The notes: generated by a model not told the origin, from the letters alone. DNA of 64,000 nucleotides from an uncultured Gammaproteobacteria bacterium (GCA_963705725.1 CAVPKM010000017.1:1-64000), one strand, 5' to 3'. Counted from the first letter of the stretch, positions 11,694 to 23,307 are shown. A program made the numbers and translations.

Positions 11694-14600
11694 ATGATGG
11701 AAAATGCTATCGAATATAGATCGGGGTTGAATAATGAGGATGTTCAATATGTGATGAATTTACTATCCGATCAAGGACAGATCGATTCCCTACGTAAACG
11801 AGGAAGTCTCGTAGATTTAATTCTCGATCCGGATCTAAGAGCCCATATACTAATAAACCATAAAAATCTATTGCTTAATGCTGATGAAAAAGAGCGGTTG
11901 GTGACTTTTTTTTACATACAAAACAGTGATCACTTTCATCGTTTTAAAGATACTAATCAGGCGCTCTCTCTTGAATTGTTAACAGAAAATTCTCGTTTGC
12001 TACTTCTTAGCATTCAAAGGTTATGTGATGGAGAGACTTATGGCTTTACAGAGGTAGAGCTGGCCGATGCTTTAAAAGCTGAAATTGAGCGCAGTGGTAT
12101 GGGCATCGTGATTCGAAATTTTTCGCTATTTCGTGCGGTTTTGATGAGCAAGAGGCTGGAATTCGGTCCTCTACAACAAATATTGTTGACGAACCCGAAG
12201 ATAACCGCAAGGATCCTCAATGAGTATTTTGAACCAAATAATTTAATCTTTCTTGACGGGAATGATGTTGAGAATTTAATTAACTTACATTATAAGGATG
12301 AAAATTTTCTAAGTGAGCTCGCTCTATCCTTTATTATAAAATGGTATAACCTTCATGGCTCGCAAAAAACAAAGTCAGGCGAAATTCTTGCGAAATTTAT
12401 GCATCATGTTAGGTTTAGAAATAAAATTTTAGATGTAAATGGCGAGTTACCCGCTTTAAAACTATTCTTAGCAAGTCAAGAAACGCTTGGCGTCATTTTT
12501 GCAATACGAACGCCACTTGAAATTTTACAACTTTGTAAAACGTTTGTTGCTGATCTTTTCCAGCCTGATTATTTTTCGCTTATTGGCCACTGGCTTGCAA
12601 ATAATGCGGCGATTGAGGAATTACGTCTAAACCATAAGTTATCAGATTTAATTAAGGATGCTGAATTACGATTGGCAGTATTGCTTGATCAAGATTTATT
12701 ACTCACCCAAGCAGAACAAAATACCTTATTTAATCAGCTAAAGAATGAAAACTATGAAAAGTTTAAGGAGTTAAGAAAGACCGACCCCGCGCTTTTTTTA
12801 AAATACTTAGCCTATGATCAAAAAATGTCTTTGGATTATCTTAATGCTTATTTTTCAGGGAAGGGGGTGTTATTGAATGAAGACGAGCTCTTATTCCTGC
12901 TTGATAAGCGAATTAATGAAAAAGGTTTTCTTAACCACATTCCACTTAAAAAAATCGTGGCAGATGTTGACAAGGGAGTCATTTCTCTTGATCCTCAGTA
13001 TTCTCATCTCTATTTGCGATTGACCCAGAATGGTAAAGCTGCCGCTCACCTCTTAAATGAATTTGCGAATCAAGCTTCGTTTAATGAGTTAAAGGGACAT
13101 GTCGAAGCGGTGGCTTTCTCCCATAGCAAGGACGAAAAATTTCAAAAACGCCTTTCAGTAGACTTTTTTCGTAAATGGTTTGCCGCCACTGAAAATGATG
13201 AGGATAAGGCTAAAATACTTAAAGCCTTCTGTGCTGCACCCGCTTTGAAAACTTTGTTGACTCCTCCTGCTTGTTTACCAGAAATGCGATCTCTGCTGGA
13301 GAACTCAAAGGCATTGGGAATTCTGAAGGGATCAAATGCAATTGATTTTGTTTTATCATTATTTAAAGGTGATGCCACTTTTGTTCGCGAAGTATTAACT
13401 AATGAACAACATATTGCAGCCTTTAAGAAAGGCGGAGCAGGCAGAAAGAATTGGTCTGCCGATTACAGTGCTATCGTGAGTCTGATTAGCGCAAGTCGAA
13501 CGCTGATTGGCCCGGACATTAAGCGCCATGAAGTCTACCGTAATCTGATTATTTCTTTGTTGAATTTGAGAGGCAATACCTTACTTGATTTATTCAAGGG
13601 TAAGGCTAATGATTTATTATTTCCACTTGATCCGAAAGACCCGAAAAAGCATTGTTTTGATCATGATGAAGCGTTTTGTTCAGCGCTATTATTTTCTGGT
13701 GATGGAAAATATAAATTTTATTCAGAATCCTCTCGATTTGAATTGTTAGATTATTTTATTGGCAAGGAAATAGTACGGGATAAATGGTCAATTTTTTCCC
13801 AAAAAATACCACCAGAACAAAGTTTTGGCTACTTGGTGTTGACCGATGAACAAAAAATTGCTGCCTTATCAGCTGGCGAATGTTTTCATATTTTAGCGCA
13901 CTATATTAAACAGCCAGATTTTTTAAAAACGTTAGATGAAAATGCGGTATTTAAAATAGCATTAGACAAGATGATGAATGATCCGGTGGTAGCGGCGCAA
14001 GTTCTCAGTACAAACTTGGTGGATCCCAGTTATAACTTTTTTGATGCCAAGTATATCGAAGAAAGCTTGAATTTTTATATTGATATCAGAATAACTGAAG
14101 ACTTTAAAGATGAAATTGCTGAGTATGTTCGAGTTAATCTCGCTAAATTTTATGAAAATGTAGAGGAGTTAATTGAAATAAAACAAGCGGGTGCAGCAAA
14201 CGATTCTGAAGCAAAAATACGAGAAAATGCTGAAAATCAAGAAATGGAGAGCCTTGTTGATCAGCTTATTCAGCTAAAAGTGAGTCAAGATGAATCGGAT
14301 GATTCTGAAGAAGATAAATTGGCAAGAGCAGAGAGCCACACTCAAGCGCTATCCATAGATGCGCTTTGTGTAGAGATTGCGCACTGTGAAATTAAGAAAT
14401 CGTTACTCGCCGATAAAAAACAATTTGTCACCGCCTTGAAACTTCCTTTTTATCAAGCGAATCATCCTGTTGCAAGCATTCTAAGAAAGGTAGATAGATC
14501 GCTTTATAAAGAAAAGCTTTATCAAGCTGCGATGAATGATAGTCATTTAGCTAGAAGGGTAGTGCGACAACATGTCATGCGAGGTTTGGCAGAGGCGAAG

Positions 14601-16124
14601 CATTTGCAGTTAGGACAAATTAGAACTCAGCCGATTAATGGACCTATCCTCTACAAAGGAAAACAACATCGTTTTGCGGCGATTATCAATCTTCATAATA
14701 AAGCCGACGCGCGAGTGAAACGCTTAGAAAAAGAAGAAAAGGATACCCTCAGTAGCTTACAGGCGGCGAACTTATTAGTTTGGCATGGTAATGAATTGTT
14801 AAAACGCCTTGGCAATTTTGCGGTCAATGCCTGTGTTAAGTTGATCTATGGCGACAGCGATCCGAAAAGTGGACAAGCTTTAGAAAAGCTGAAAACCATT
14901 CCGGCCTTGACGGTTGATCTTGAATCAAGCACAAAGCAAACAGTATTTGCACCAGATAACATGCGAAACATGAAACATTGTGCAAAAATCGCCTTGTCAA
15001 GTTATGAAGGACAACCTTTAACTTATGAAAAATTAAAGCAGGTGCCAGAAATTTGGCGAGCGATGCACAGTAAATGGAATACGCTTTTTACCAAAGAAAG
15101 GTGGTTTAACTCTGAAGGGATGCCAGAGACAATGCTGCAGCTTAAAAAAGTTATTGCGCGTTTGCCAAAGAATATCAATCCTCATGAACGCGTGTCTGCT
15201 GATATTATCAAAACCCTGGAAGTCATCTTTGACGATCGCAATAGAAGAAATTCTGATTCCACGCGAGATAAAACCAGTCATACCTCAAGGCTGGTTGCGG
15301 CATTAAAATCAACCAGTACTTTAGCCGAACCAGAACCTAGCGATAAAAAAGATCAAGTTGAGCTGGCATTGCCTAAGCTAGAAGAGGTGACACTTGAATG
15401 GTTAGAAGAACAAATTAAACAAATAGATATGGTTCGCAAGGAGTTAAGTGATAAAGGGATATTGAGTGCATACACCAGCAGAGAAAGTCATTCAATCCTT
15501 AATACCTTTTATCAACTTTTGCGGTCTTTTCAAAACAAGTCTTGTCACTCTAATTTTAAGGAATGGACAATGCAGCATGGAATGACTACTTATTTTAATA
15601 GTAATAAATGCTGCGCTATTCATTTTGAAAACTTCCCATCTTGGGAAATTTGCCAATCGCATATGACAAAGCTGATTTATCAGTTCATTACTAGCCGCTA
15701 TGTTTTTAAATCTACAGGGCATGAAAAGATTTTTTTTGATAGTTGCACAAGAAACATGAATCATTGTATTGAAGGAAAAACAGCCAGTGTTTGTTACCAA
15801 GCTGGATTGCGAAGCAGCCAATCAACTATTCAAAGCTTTATTGAACTGATTCAATCTTGCTTGGAAAAGGCATTGGCTTACATGGAAACCATGGGATTAG
15901 ATGCCAACCGTCAATCCCTCGCTGATTTTATTTCTAAGCGCTATGCGGGAAAACTATTTTCAATAGGTGAAAGCGCGGTAGGGGAAATTAAGTCAACTTA
16001 TAAGGTAAAAGTTCTGCCTGACTCAATTTTGACTGCAAGCTTGAACCGGGACAACATTGGATGGTATCTAGAAAGAAATGGTTACCCAGAGATAGAGAAC
16101 ACGCTAGACTATATTCCAAAATAG
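11694..16124 (+). CDS. Large orphan helical protein (1476 aa), candidate Dot/Icm-type effector
   Basis: Long open ORF after a GAGGT SD; no recognisable domain; PmrA-like box upstream. Confidence 0.75.
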   Translation: MMENAIEYRSGLNNEDVQYVMNLLSDQGQIDSLRKRGSLVDLILDPDLRAHILINHKNLLLNADEKERLVTFFYIQNSDHFHRFKDTNQALSLELLTENSRLLLLSIQRLCDGETYGFTEVELADALKAEIERSGMGIVIRNFSLFRAVLMSKRLEFGPLQQILLTNPKITARILNEYFEPNNLIFLDGNDVENLINLHYKDENFLSELALSFIIKWYNLHGSQKTKSGEILAKFMHHVRFRNKILDVNGELPALKLFLASQETLGVIFAIRTPLEILQLCKTFVADLFQPDYFSLIGHWLANNAAIEELRLNHKLSDLIKDAELRLAVLLDQDLLLTQAEQNTLFNQLKNENYEKFKELRKTDPALFLKYLAYDQKMSLDYLNAYFSGKGVLLNEDELLFLLDKRINEKGFLNHIPLKKIVADVDKGVISLDPQYSHLYLRLTQNGKAAAHLLNEFANQASFNELKGHVEAVAFSHSKDEKFQKRLSVDFFRKWFAATENDEDKAKILKAFCAAPALKTLLTPPACLPEMRSLLENSKALGILKGSNAIDFVLSLFKGDATFVREVLTNEQHIAAFKKGGAGRKNWSADYSAIVSLISASRTLIGPDIKRHEVYRNLIISLLNLRGNTLLDLFKGKANDLLFPLDPKDPKKHCFDHDEAFCSALLFSGDGKYKFYSESSRFELLDYFIGKEIVRDKWSIFSQKIPPEQSFGYLVLTDEQKIAALSAGECFHILAHYIKQPDFLKTLDENAVFKIALDKMMNDPVVAAQVLSTNLVDPSYNFFDAKYIEESLNFYIDIRITEDFKDEIAEYVRVNLAKFYENVEELIEIKQAGAANDSEAKIRENAENQEMESLVDQLIQLKVSQDESDDSEEDKLARAESHTQALSIDALCVEIAHCEIKKSLLADKKQFVTALKLPFYQANHPVASILRKVDRSLYKEKLYQAAMNDSHLARRVVRQHVMRGLAEAKHLQLGQIRTQPINGPILYKGKQHRFAAIINLHNKADARVKRLEKEEKDTLSSLQAANLLVWHGNELLKRLGNFAVNACVKLIYGDSDPKSGQALEKLKTIPALTVDLESSTKQTVFAPDNMRNMKHCAKIALSSYEGQPLTYEKLKQVPEIWRAMHSKWNTLFTKERWFNSEGMPETMLQLKKVIARLPKNINPHERVSADIIKTLEVIFDDRNRRNSDSTRDKTSHTSRLVAALKSTSTLAEPEPSDKKDQVELALPKLEEVTLEWLEEQIKQIDMVRKELSDKGILSAYTSRESHSILNTFYQLLRSFQNKSCHSNFKEWTMQHGMTTYFNSNKCCAIHFENFPSWEICQSHMTKLIYQFITSRYVFKSTGHEKIFFDSCTRNMNHCIEGKTASVCYQAGLRSSQSTIQSFIELIQSCLEKALAYMETMGLDANRQSLADFISKRYAGKLFSIGESAVGEIKSTYKVKVLPDSILTASLNRDNIGWYLERNGYPEIENTLDYIPK

Positions 16125-16157
16125 CGACAAGTTGTGGCCTATTAATAAGGGACAGGG

Positions 16158-18101
16158 ATGTTAAACAAACTTTATCAATTGCTGATTGGTAAACCCTTTA
16201 ATCCACTCGATCAAAGGGTCAGAAAAAAAATCGCATTGAGTGCCTTTTTAGCTTGGATTGGGTTGGGTGCAGATGGCTTATCCTCGGCTTGTTACGGTCC
16301 TGAACAAGCTTATTTGAGTTTAGGGGATCACACTAATCTGGCTTTTTATCTGGCTACAGCGATTGCGCTGACCGTATTTATTATTTCATTTGCTTATAAT
16401 CAAGTCATTGAGCTTTTTCCAAGTGGAGGGGGTGGCTACAAAGTCGCTACCAAGTTGCTAGGGACTTATTCTGGGCTGTTTGCAGGTTCAGCGTTATTAG
16501 TTGACTACATTTTGACCATTGTTATTTCCATAGCAAGTGGTGTAGATGCTGGCTTCAGCTTGCTGCCTTATGGATTTCAAGATTATAAATTATTTGTGAG
16601 TGCCTTCCTTATTCTTCTGTTGATATTTCTCAATTTAAGGGGAATGAAAGAGTCCATCCGTTTTTTATTACCAATTTTTATAGGGTTTCTGGTTACTCAC
16701 CTAGCGCTGATTCTCTATGGCTTTGGTCAACGAGGGACACATGTGCCGCATATCTATCACGCGGCGAATCATGAAGCACAAAGCATTCTCGTCACAGGAG
16801 GATTGATTTTCCTGCTCGCCACACTGATTCGAGCTTATTCGGTAGGAGGTGCGACTTATACCGGACTCGAAGCCGTCTCAAATAATGTGCATACCCTGAC
16901 AGAACCCAAGGTCACAACAGGTAAATGGACGATGTTTTACATGGCCGTTTCTCTAAGTTTGACAGCGGGAGGAATTTTATTTTTATATATGTTGTGGAAT
17001 GTTTATCCGCATCATGGCATGACACTTAACGCAGTGGTGTTTGATCAGATATTAGGGGAAGGTCGTTTTACGCATTCCATATTAATGATTACCCTACTTT
17101 CAGAAGCCGGTCTCCTTTTTGTGAGTGCAAATACCGGATTTTTAGGCGGTCCTGCCGTGCTTGCCAATATGGCAATTGATGGTTGGGTGCCAAGACGTTT
17201 TCGTAATTTATCCAATCGGTTAGTGACACAAAACGGCGTGCTCTTGATGGGCGTAGCTGCATTAATTATTTTATTTGCAACAGATGGCTACGTTAGATAT
17301 ATCTTGGTGCTGTACAGTGTCAATGTTTTTATTGCATTTTCCGTCTCCCTTGTTGGTCTTTGTAAGCACTGGTGGCAAACACGAAAAGTACGACGATCAA
17401 ATCGAGTGCGTTTGTTGCTGGCAGCTTCAGCTGCGGTAATTTGTGTTTGTATTTTAACCATGTTGATTATTACGCGTTTCAATAGTGGTGGGCTAGTTGC
17501 CTTATTAATTACAGGTACGGTTGTTGCGCTTTGCTGGCGAACACGCAAATATTATCAAGCGGTTAATAAGAAATTTAAAGAAGCAGACAAGTTGCTTATT
17601 CCAAAATCTATTCCAGAGCCAGAGAAGATTCCTATTTTTAATTCCAATGCGCCTACCGCTGTCCTATTTATTGGTAAAAGCGTAGGAGTCGGTATGCATA
17701 CCTTGTTATGGATCCATCGACTCTTTCCCCATTATTTTAAAAATTTTATTTTTGTTTCTGTCGGTATTATTGATGTGCAAAGTTATGGAGCGGAAAAACA
17801 ATTTCAGTATTTAAAACGGGTAGTAAAAAGACATTTGGATAATTTTGTTAAGTATGTTCACACCAAAGGCCATGCGGCTTATGCAATAGTTGATTATGGG
17901 ATTGATCCTGTAGAGAAATTAACACAGATTGCAGAAAGACTTTTTCATGAGAATCCTAATTGTATATTTTTTGCCAGCAATTTAGTTTTTGCAACTGACC
18001 ACTGGTTGGTGCGATTTCTGCATAATGATACCGCTTTTGCCGTGCAGCGACGATTACACTTAGAAGGGATCATGATGATGATTCTGCCCATAAATATTTA
18101 G
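16158..18101 (+). CDS. APC-superfamily transporter, KimA/YdaO-like
   Basis: DGLSSACYGPEQ, YNQVIELFPSGGGGY and TYTGLEAVSN motifs; about 12 TM segments plus a cytoplasmic C-domain. Confidence 0.75.
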   Translation: MLNKLYQLLIGKPFNPLDQRVRKKIALSAFLAWIGLGADGLSSACYGPEQAYLSLGDHTNLAFYLATAIALTVFIISFAYNQVIELFPSGGGGYKVATKLLGTYSGLFAGSALLVDYILTIVISIASGVDAGFSLLPYGFQDYKLFVSAFLILLLIFLNLRGMKESIRFLLPIFIGFLVTHLALILYGFGQRGTHVPHIYHAANHEAQSILVTGGLIFLLATLIRAYSVGGATYTGLEAVSNNVHTLTEPKVTTGKWTMFYMAVSLSLTAGGILFLYMLWNVYPHHGMTLNAVVFDQILGEGRFTHSILMITLLSEAGLLFVSANTGFLGGPAVLANMAIDGWVPRRFRNLSNRLVTQNGVLLMGVAALIILFATDGYVRYILVLYSVNVFIAFSVSLVGLCKHWWQTRKVRRSNRVRLLLAASAAVICVCILTMLIITRFNSGGLVALLITGTVVALCWRTRKYYQAVNKKFKEADKLLIPKSIPEPEKIPIFNSNAPTAVLFIGKSVGVGMHTLLWIHRLFPHYFKNFIFVSVGIIDVQSYGAEKQFQYLKRVVKRHLDNFVKYVHTKGHAAYAIVDYGIDPVEKLTQIAERLFHENPNCIFFASNLVFATDHWLVRFLHNDTAFAVQRRLHLEGIMMMILPINI

Positions 18102-18110
18102 GACTTTCTC

Positions 18111-19609
18111 ATGCAAACCCCGCTTTTTAGTGTTTCAGAAATCAGATTGTTAGAGCAAGCAGCAGTAAGCCAGCAATTATCTGAATCCAGCTTAATGAAA
18201 CGAGCGGGAAACGCAGCATGCTCTGTTTTATTAGCAAAATGGCCGAATGCTAAAAAAATTTTAGTGGTATGTGGTGTGGGAAATAATGGTGGTGATGGGT
18301 TTGTGTTGGCATCTGAAGCGAAGCGGCTTGGATTGACAGTTGAAATTTGTTGGTTTGGAAAAAAAAATTCCGCCCTAGAGGCGGTAGAAAAAGCATTTCA
18401 ATCCTGCCAATCGCTTAATATTCCTTTTTTTTATTTCCACAGCAAGAATTATATCCTGTCATTGCCAATGAATGGCAAAATCAAGGCTATCAGGTGATTG
18501 TTGATGCGATTTTTGGCATTGGATTAACTCGACAAGTAGAAGGGATTTACCGAGAGGCGATTCAAGCCATTAATCTAACAAAAATTCCTGTTTTAGCGAT
18601 TGACGTTCCTTCGGGTGTCGAGGCAGACACAGGAGGAATTTTGGGAGAAGCTATTCGTGCTAATTATACGGTTACATTTATTGGTTATAAGAGAGGATTA
18701 TTTACCTCTAGCGCACTAGATTATTCGGGAGAAGTCATACTCGAGCAGCTCGGTATTAAAGTTGCAAATGATTTAAATGAGATGACCTACCTGATGAATA
18801 AAAAAATGCTAAGGGATGCGCTGCCAAAAAGACAACGAAATTTACATAAAGGTGAAAATGGCCATGTTTTGATTGTGGGTGGAAATGATGGAATGGCAGG
18901 TGCAGCGAGTTTAGTGGCCGGTGCAGCATTGCGTGTGGGTGCGGGATTAGTAACTGTAGTCACCACCCCAGGAAACCGAGTGGTGATCAATGCGCATTTT
19001 CCAGAAATCATGTGCCATGCCTTGACAGAATCTGATTCCTTGCAGCCATTCTTAACAAAAGCCTCAGTGATGGTGTTAGGTCCTGGATTAGGACAGGATG
19101 CTTGGGCTAAGCGGTTGTTTTCCCAAGCATTATGTTTTACCGGTCCTCTGGTAATCGATGCGGATGGATTGAATTTGTTAGGTGGAAATCCGCGTTGCCG
19201 AGATAATTGGGTTCTCACTCCTCATCCTGGGGAGGCCGCTCGTCTTCTCTGTCTTGAGCATGCAAAAGCAATACAAGCTAATCGGTTTTTGGCAATTCAG
19301 CGCCTTGCGCTGCTTGGCGGCAACTGGGTGTTGAAAGGTGCGGGTACCTTGATTAATCGTCAAGAGACACCCATTTATCTTTGCCCATTTGGTAATCCTG
19401 GCATGGCAAGTGGTGGAATGGGGGATGCGTTAAGTGGTGTCATTGCAGGGTTAATTGCCCAAAAAATTGAGCCCTTGGTCGCTACAAAAATAGGTGTTAT
19501 CGCTCATGCGCTAGCAGGGGATCAAGCAGCTAGCTTCGGTGAAAGAGGTTTGCTTGCTTCTGATTTAATTGATCAATTAAGAGCCATAGTCAATGCATCA
19601 ACTATTTAA
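18111..19609 (+). CDS. nnr: Bifunctional NAD(P)H-hydrate epimerase/dehydratase (frameshifted ~18430-18495)
   Basis: GVGNNGGDG, VDAIFGIG and IDVPSG (YjeF-N); HKGENG, LTPHPGEAARL and GGMGDALSG (carbohydrate kinase domain). Confidence 0.92.
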
Positions 19610-20042
19610 AACTGAACAAGCTATGATGACTTTTGCGAAGCAATTGGCTAATTTTTGCCATCCTCCTTGCGTAATATTTTTGTCGGGAGGGCTTGGGGTT
19701 GGCAAGACAACCTTTTCAAGAGGTTTTATTCAAGGAAAAGGCTATACGGGAAAAGTAAAAAGTCCGACTTATACCTTAGTCGAACCTTATTGTTTTGCAG
19801 ATTATAAAATTTTTCATTTTGATTTTTATCGCATTCATGATCCAGAAGAATTAGAATCGATGGGAATTCGCGATTATTTTTATGAAAATTCATTGAGTTT
19901 GATCGAATGGCCAGAGCAAGCAGGAGAAATTCTACCAATACCCGATATTGCCTGTTATTTTACGCTGGTAGAAACGGATAGAAAAATTGAAATTATAACA
20001 AAAACTCAGAAAGGCAAAGAAATTATTGCCAAATTGATCTGA
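19593..20042 (+). CDS. tsaE: tRNA t6A biosynthesis ATPase TsaE
   Basis: LSGGLGVGKTT, VKSPTYTLVEPY and HFDFYR motifs. Confidence 0.96.
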   Translation: MHQLFKTEQAMMTFAKQLANFCHPPCVIFLSGGLGVGKTTFSRGFIQGKGYTGKVKSPTYTLVEPYCFADYKIFHFDFYRIHDPEELESMGIRDYFYENSLSLIEWPEQAGEILPIPDIACYFTLVETDRKIEIITKTQKGKEIIAKLI

Positions 20043-20110
20043 GGTCTTTCCTCGACGTTCCATGTGATAACGTAAAATACCAAGCCGCCACAAAAAGGAA
20101 ATAAAAAGAA

Positions 20111-21298
20111 ATGAAAGAGGGGAGGATTATTTGGCTATTATTTAGCCTTTTTTTTATTTCCCTTACCTTTGCGAAGCAAAAAATCTCTCTTAAAAATTGT
20201 CGTTTTGATAAAAGTATGGAGCAGCTTACCGTTCAATTATCTTTCAGTGAACGTGCTGTTTATCATGCTATGCTATTAAAAAATCCGGATCGGCTAGTTG
20301 TGGATTGTAAAGAAACAGAATTAACACAAAAATATGTTCCACCAGAAAATGATTTTTTAAAAAGCTTGCGGGTCAGCGATCATGACAATCAATTTTTACG
20401 TCTTGTATTTGATTTAAAACAAAAAATCAATTATACGGCGCGATATATGGATGAGCAAAATATTCTTACCTTGACCTTGTCGGTAGCGAAGAAAAAGGAA
20501 GCGCTGCCATTGCTAGATGTAAAGTTGGCAGAACCTGTTAAGCAAGTCGCAAAAGCCCCCCCACCATCCAAAAAAATAATGAATATGCGAAAAAAAATTG
20601 TGGTGGTCATTGACCCTGGGCATGGGGGCAAGGATCCAGGAGCAATTGGGCCAAGTGGTATGATGGAAAAAATTGTGGTATTAAAAATTGCCAAGCAGCT
20701 GCAAAAAATGCTGAGTGAAGAACCCAATTTTCATGCTATTCTGACGCGTGCAACAGATCGCTACTTGCCGCTTCGCAAAAGATTATTGATTGCGCGTAAA
20801 AAACGGGCAGATATGTTTATCGCTATTCATGCTGATGCTTATCATCATAGTCATGCAACGGGCGCTTCGGTTTATGCCTTATCTGAGCGGGGTGCAACCA
20901 GTGAGGCAGCTCGGTGGTTGGCAGAAAAAGAAAATGAATCAGAGTTAGGGGGATTAAGTTTAGAATTAGCAGATAAAGATGCCATTTTGCGTTCTGTATT
21001 AATTGATTTATCGCAAACCCACACCATCGAATCCAGTTTAACGATTGGCAATACGGTATTAGAAAATCTTGGAAAATTTTCCACCTTGCATCATCTCAAA
21101 GTTGAACAAGCGGCGTTTGTCGTGTTGAAATCCCCAGATATTCCTTCTATCTTAGTTGAAACCGGCTTTTTATCTAACCCGCAAGAAGAAGAGAAATTAA
21201 TCGATCCCGCTTATCAAAAGCAAACCGCCTTTGCGATTAAAGAAGGAATTAAACACTACTTTTTAACCCATACTCCATCACCAGAAGATAAGAAATAA
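20111..21298 (+). CDS. amiB: N-acetylmuramoyl-L-alanine amidase (AMIN + Amidase_3)
   Basis: Signal peptide, NPDRLVVD, IDPGHGGKDPGA, IHADA and PSILVETGF; lies between tsaE and mutL. Confidence 0.9.
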   Translation: MKEGRIIWLLFSLFFISLTFAKQKISLKNCRFDKSMEQLTVQLSFSERAVYHAMLLKNPDRLVVDCKETELTQKYVPPENDFLKSLRVSDHDNQFLRLVFDLKQKINYTARYMDEQNILTLTLSVAKKKEALPLLDVKLAEPVKQVAKAPPPSKKIMNMRKKIVVVIDPGHGGKDPGAIGPSGMMEKIVVLKIAKQLQKMLSEEPNFHAILTRATDRYLPLRKRLLIARKKRADMFIAIHADAYHHSHATGASVYALSERGATSEAARWLAEKENESELGGLSLELADKDAILRSVLIDLSQTHTIESSLTIGNTVLENLGKFSTLHHLKVEQAAFVVLKSPDIPSILVETGFLSNPQEEEKLIDPAYQKQTAFAIKEGIKHYFLTHTPSPEDKK

Positions 21299-21302
21299 AA
21301 AG

Positions 21303-21467
21303 GTAACTATTGAGCACAGGGTTGAAACGTCCATATTTTGCTATCTTCGAACAAAAAATTTAATTAAAACGGCCTGTGTATACTCCGCTTTTTAATTAAA
21401 TTTTTTGTCCGAATCTGGCTAAAATCTGAACGTTTAGCGACTTCTAGCATTTGTGCTGAATAGTTAC
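21303..21467 (+). mobile_element. GTAAC-family MITE with 8-bp target duplication
   Basis: GTAACTATTGAGCACA...TGTGCTGAATAGTTAC flanked by ATAAAAAG at 21295-21302 and 21468-21475. Confidence 0.94.
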
Positions 21468-21485
21468 ATAAAAAGAGGTCAAGTC

Positions 21486-23246
21486 ATGTCTATTAAAATT
21501 TTAGATCCATTATTAGCCAATCAGATTGCCGCAGGGGAAGTGGTAGAAAGACCTGCTTCGGTATTAAAAGAATTGCTTGAAAATAGCATCGATGCAGGCG
21601 CAAAGTTAATTAAAGTTGAACTCGAAAATGGCGGAATAAAATGCATCAAGGTAACAGATGATGGCCTTGGTATGGCTAAAGAAGATTTACCGCTGGCAGT
21701 GAGTCGTCATGCCACCAGCAAAATCGTGACATTCGAAGATTTGGTCAAGGTTGACAGTCTTGGTTTTAGAGGGGAGGCGCTTGCCAGTATTAGTTCGGTA
21801 GCTCGAGTAAAAATTGCCTCAGCTATCCATGATACCGGAGGGTTTCAAATCAAGGTAGAAGGCAGGGTTGAAAATTATCAAATTCAGCCTTGTGCTCATC
21901 CGCGAGGGACAACGGTAGAAGTTCAAGATTTGTTTTTTAATACCCCAGCCAGAAGGAAGTTTTTAAGAGCAGAACGTACCGAACTTTCACATTTGGAAGA
22001 AGTCATCAAGCGCATTCTTTTTAATCGTTTTGATTTGCAATTCTTAGTTAAGCATCAAGGTAAAATACTATTTAATATTCCTAAAGCCGAACATCAGGCG
22101 CAGCAAGCAGAGCGAATTGCCACTATTTTTGGAGAAGAGTTTGTTTCGCAAGCGCTCTACATAGAATCAGCCACTCATGAGTTATCAATTTCAGGTTGGA
22201 TTTCTTTGCCTCAATTTTCTCGTAGTCAACCCGATATGCAATATTTCTATGTGAATGGACGAATTGTTCGTGATAGGTTAATTAATCATGCCATGAAACA
22301 AGCTTATCAAGATGTTTTATATAATCATCGTCACCCCGGATATGTCTTATTTTTTACTTTGCCACCTGAAATGGTTGATGTGAATGTCCATCCCACCAAG
22401 CAGGAAGTGCGTTTTCGCGATAGTCAATTGGTGCATGATTTTATTGCTCGTACCTTGCAAGATAGTCTTAAGCAGATTACGCCTCTAGAAGTCATTTCAA
22501 AAACATTTAGCAGGGTAGCGGAAAGAGAGGTGGTACAACCTAGGCTTTCCTTCAGTGAGCAAGGTGCGGAATATCAAAAAATGCAAACTTTTGCTGAAAA
22601 AGTCGTCCAAGAATTGCCTGTTACTACCAATCAAAATCCTATCACACCCACCTTTTTACCGAGGACAAGTTTGGGTTATACGCTTGGACAGTTACATGGC
22701 TTGTACATTATTGCAGAAAATGATCAAGGATTAGTGATTGTCGATATGCATGCAGCACATGAAAGAGTCCTTTATGAAAAATTGAAGCGGCAATATCGGG
22801 AAGGGAATATTCCCACCCAACAGTTGCTTGTCCCCATTGATATTAATTTGACTCCAGCTGAGGCAAATCGGGTGGAAGAAATGAATGAACAATTTCGTCA
22901 TATGGGATTTTCATTAGACCGTGTTGGTCCCACAAAGGCATTAGTTCGTGAAGTCCCCGTTTTGTTACAAAAAGGACCCATCGCAGAACTAATAAAAGAT
23001 AGTCTTATTGAGCAAACATTTTATTCGCCAAGTCGGTTGAAGGAAGAGAAAGAAAATGAAATCCTTGCCACCTTTGCCTGTCGCAGTGCAATTCGAGCGA
23101 ATACGGTTTTATGCCGTGAAGAAATGGATCAATTATTGCGCGATATGGAAGAAACAGAAAATAGCGGTGTATGTAATCATGGTCGCCCGACTTGGCGTCA
23201 GCTGACCATACCCGAACTTGATCGTTTGTTTTTGCGTGGTCGTTAA
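21486..23246 (+). CDS. mutL: DNA mismatch repair endonuclease MutL
   Basis: NQIAAGEVVERPAS, GFRGEAL, DMHAAHER and CNHGRP (endonuclease-type); start at MSIK after AGAGG. Confidence 0.97.
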   Translation: MSIKILDPLLANQIAAGEVVERPASVLKELLENSIDAGAKLIKVELENGGIKCIKVTDDGLGMAKEDLPLAVSRHATSKIVTFEDLVKVDSLGFRGEALASISSVARVKIASAIHDTGGFQIKVEGRVENYQIQPCAHPRGTTVEVQDLFFNTPARRKFLRAERTELSHLEEVIKRILFNRFDLQFLVKHQGKILFNIPKAEHQAQQAERIATIFGEEFVSQALYIESATHELSISGWISLPQFSRSQPDMQYFYVNGRIVRDRLINHAMKQAYQDVLYNHRHPGYVLFFTLPPEMVDVNVHPTKQEVRFRDSQLVHDFIARTLQDSLKQITPLEVISKTFSRVAEREVVQPRLSFSEQGAEYQKMQTFAEKVVQELPVTTNQNPITPTFLPRTSLGYTLGQLHGLYIIAENDQGLVIVDMHAAHERVLYEKLKRQYREGNIPTQQLLVPIDINLTPAEANRVEEMNEQFRHMGFSLDRVGPTKALVREVPVLLQKGPIAELIKDSLIEQTFYSPSRLKEEKENEILATFACRSAIRANTVLCREEMDQLLRDMEETENSGVCNHGRPTWRQLTIPELDRLFLRGR

Positions 23247-23307
23247 CAAACTTTCCATTTCAAAAGCATCCGCAAGTGTTACCTTTTGTTATTAAAATTA
23301 AAATATA

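Noticed and set aside
21453-21485. MutL N-terminal extension MLNSYIKRGQV
   Set aside because: It derives from the MITE terminal repeat; the ATG at 21486 has an SD and matches the usual MutL start.
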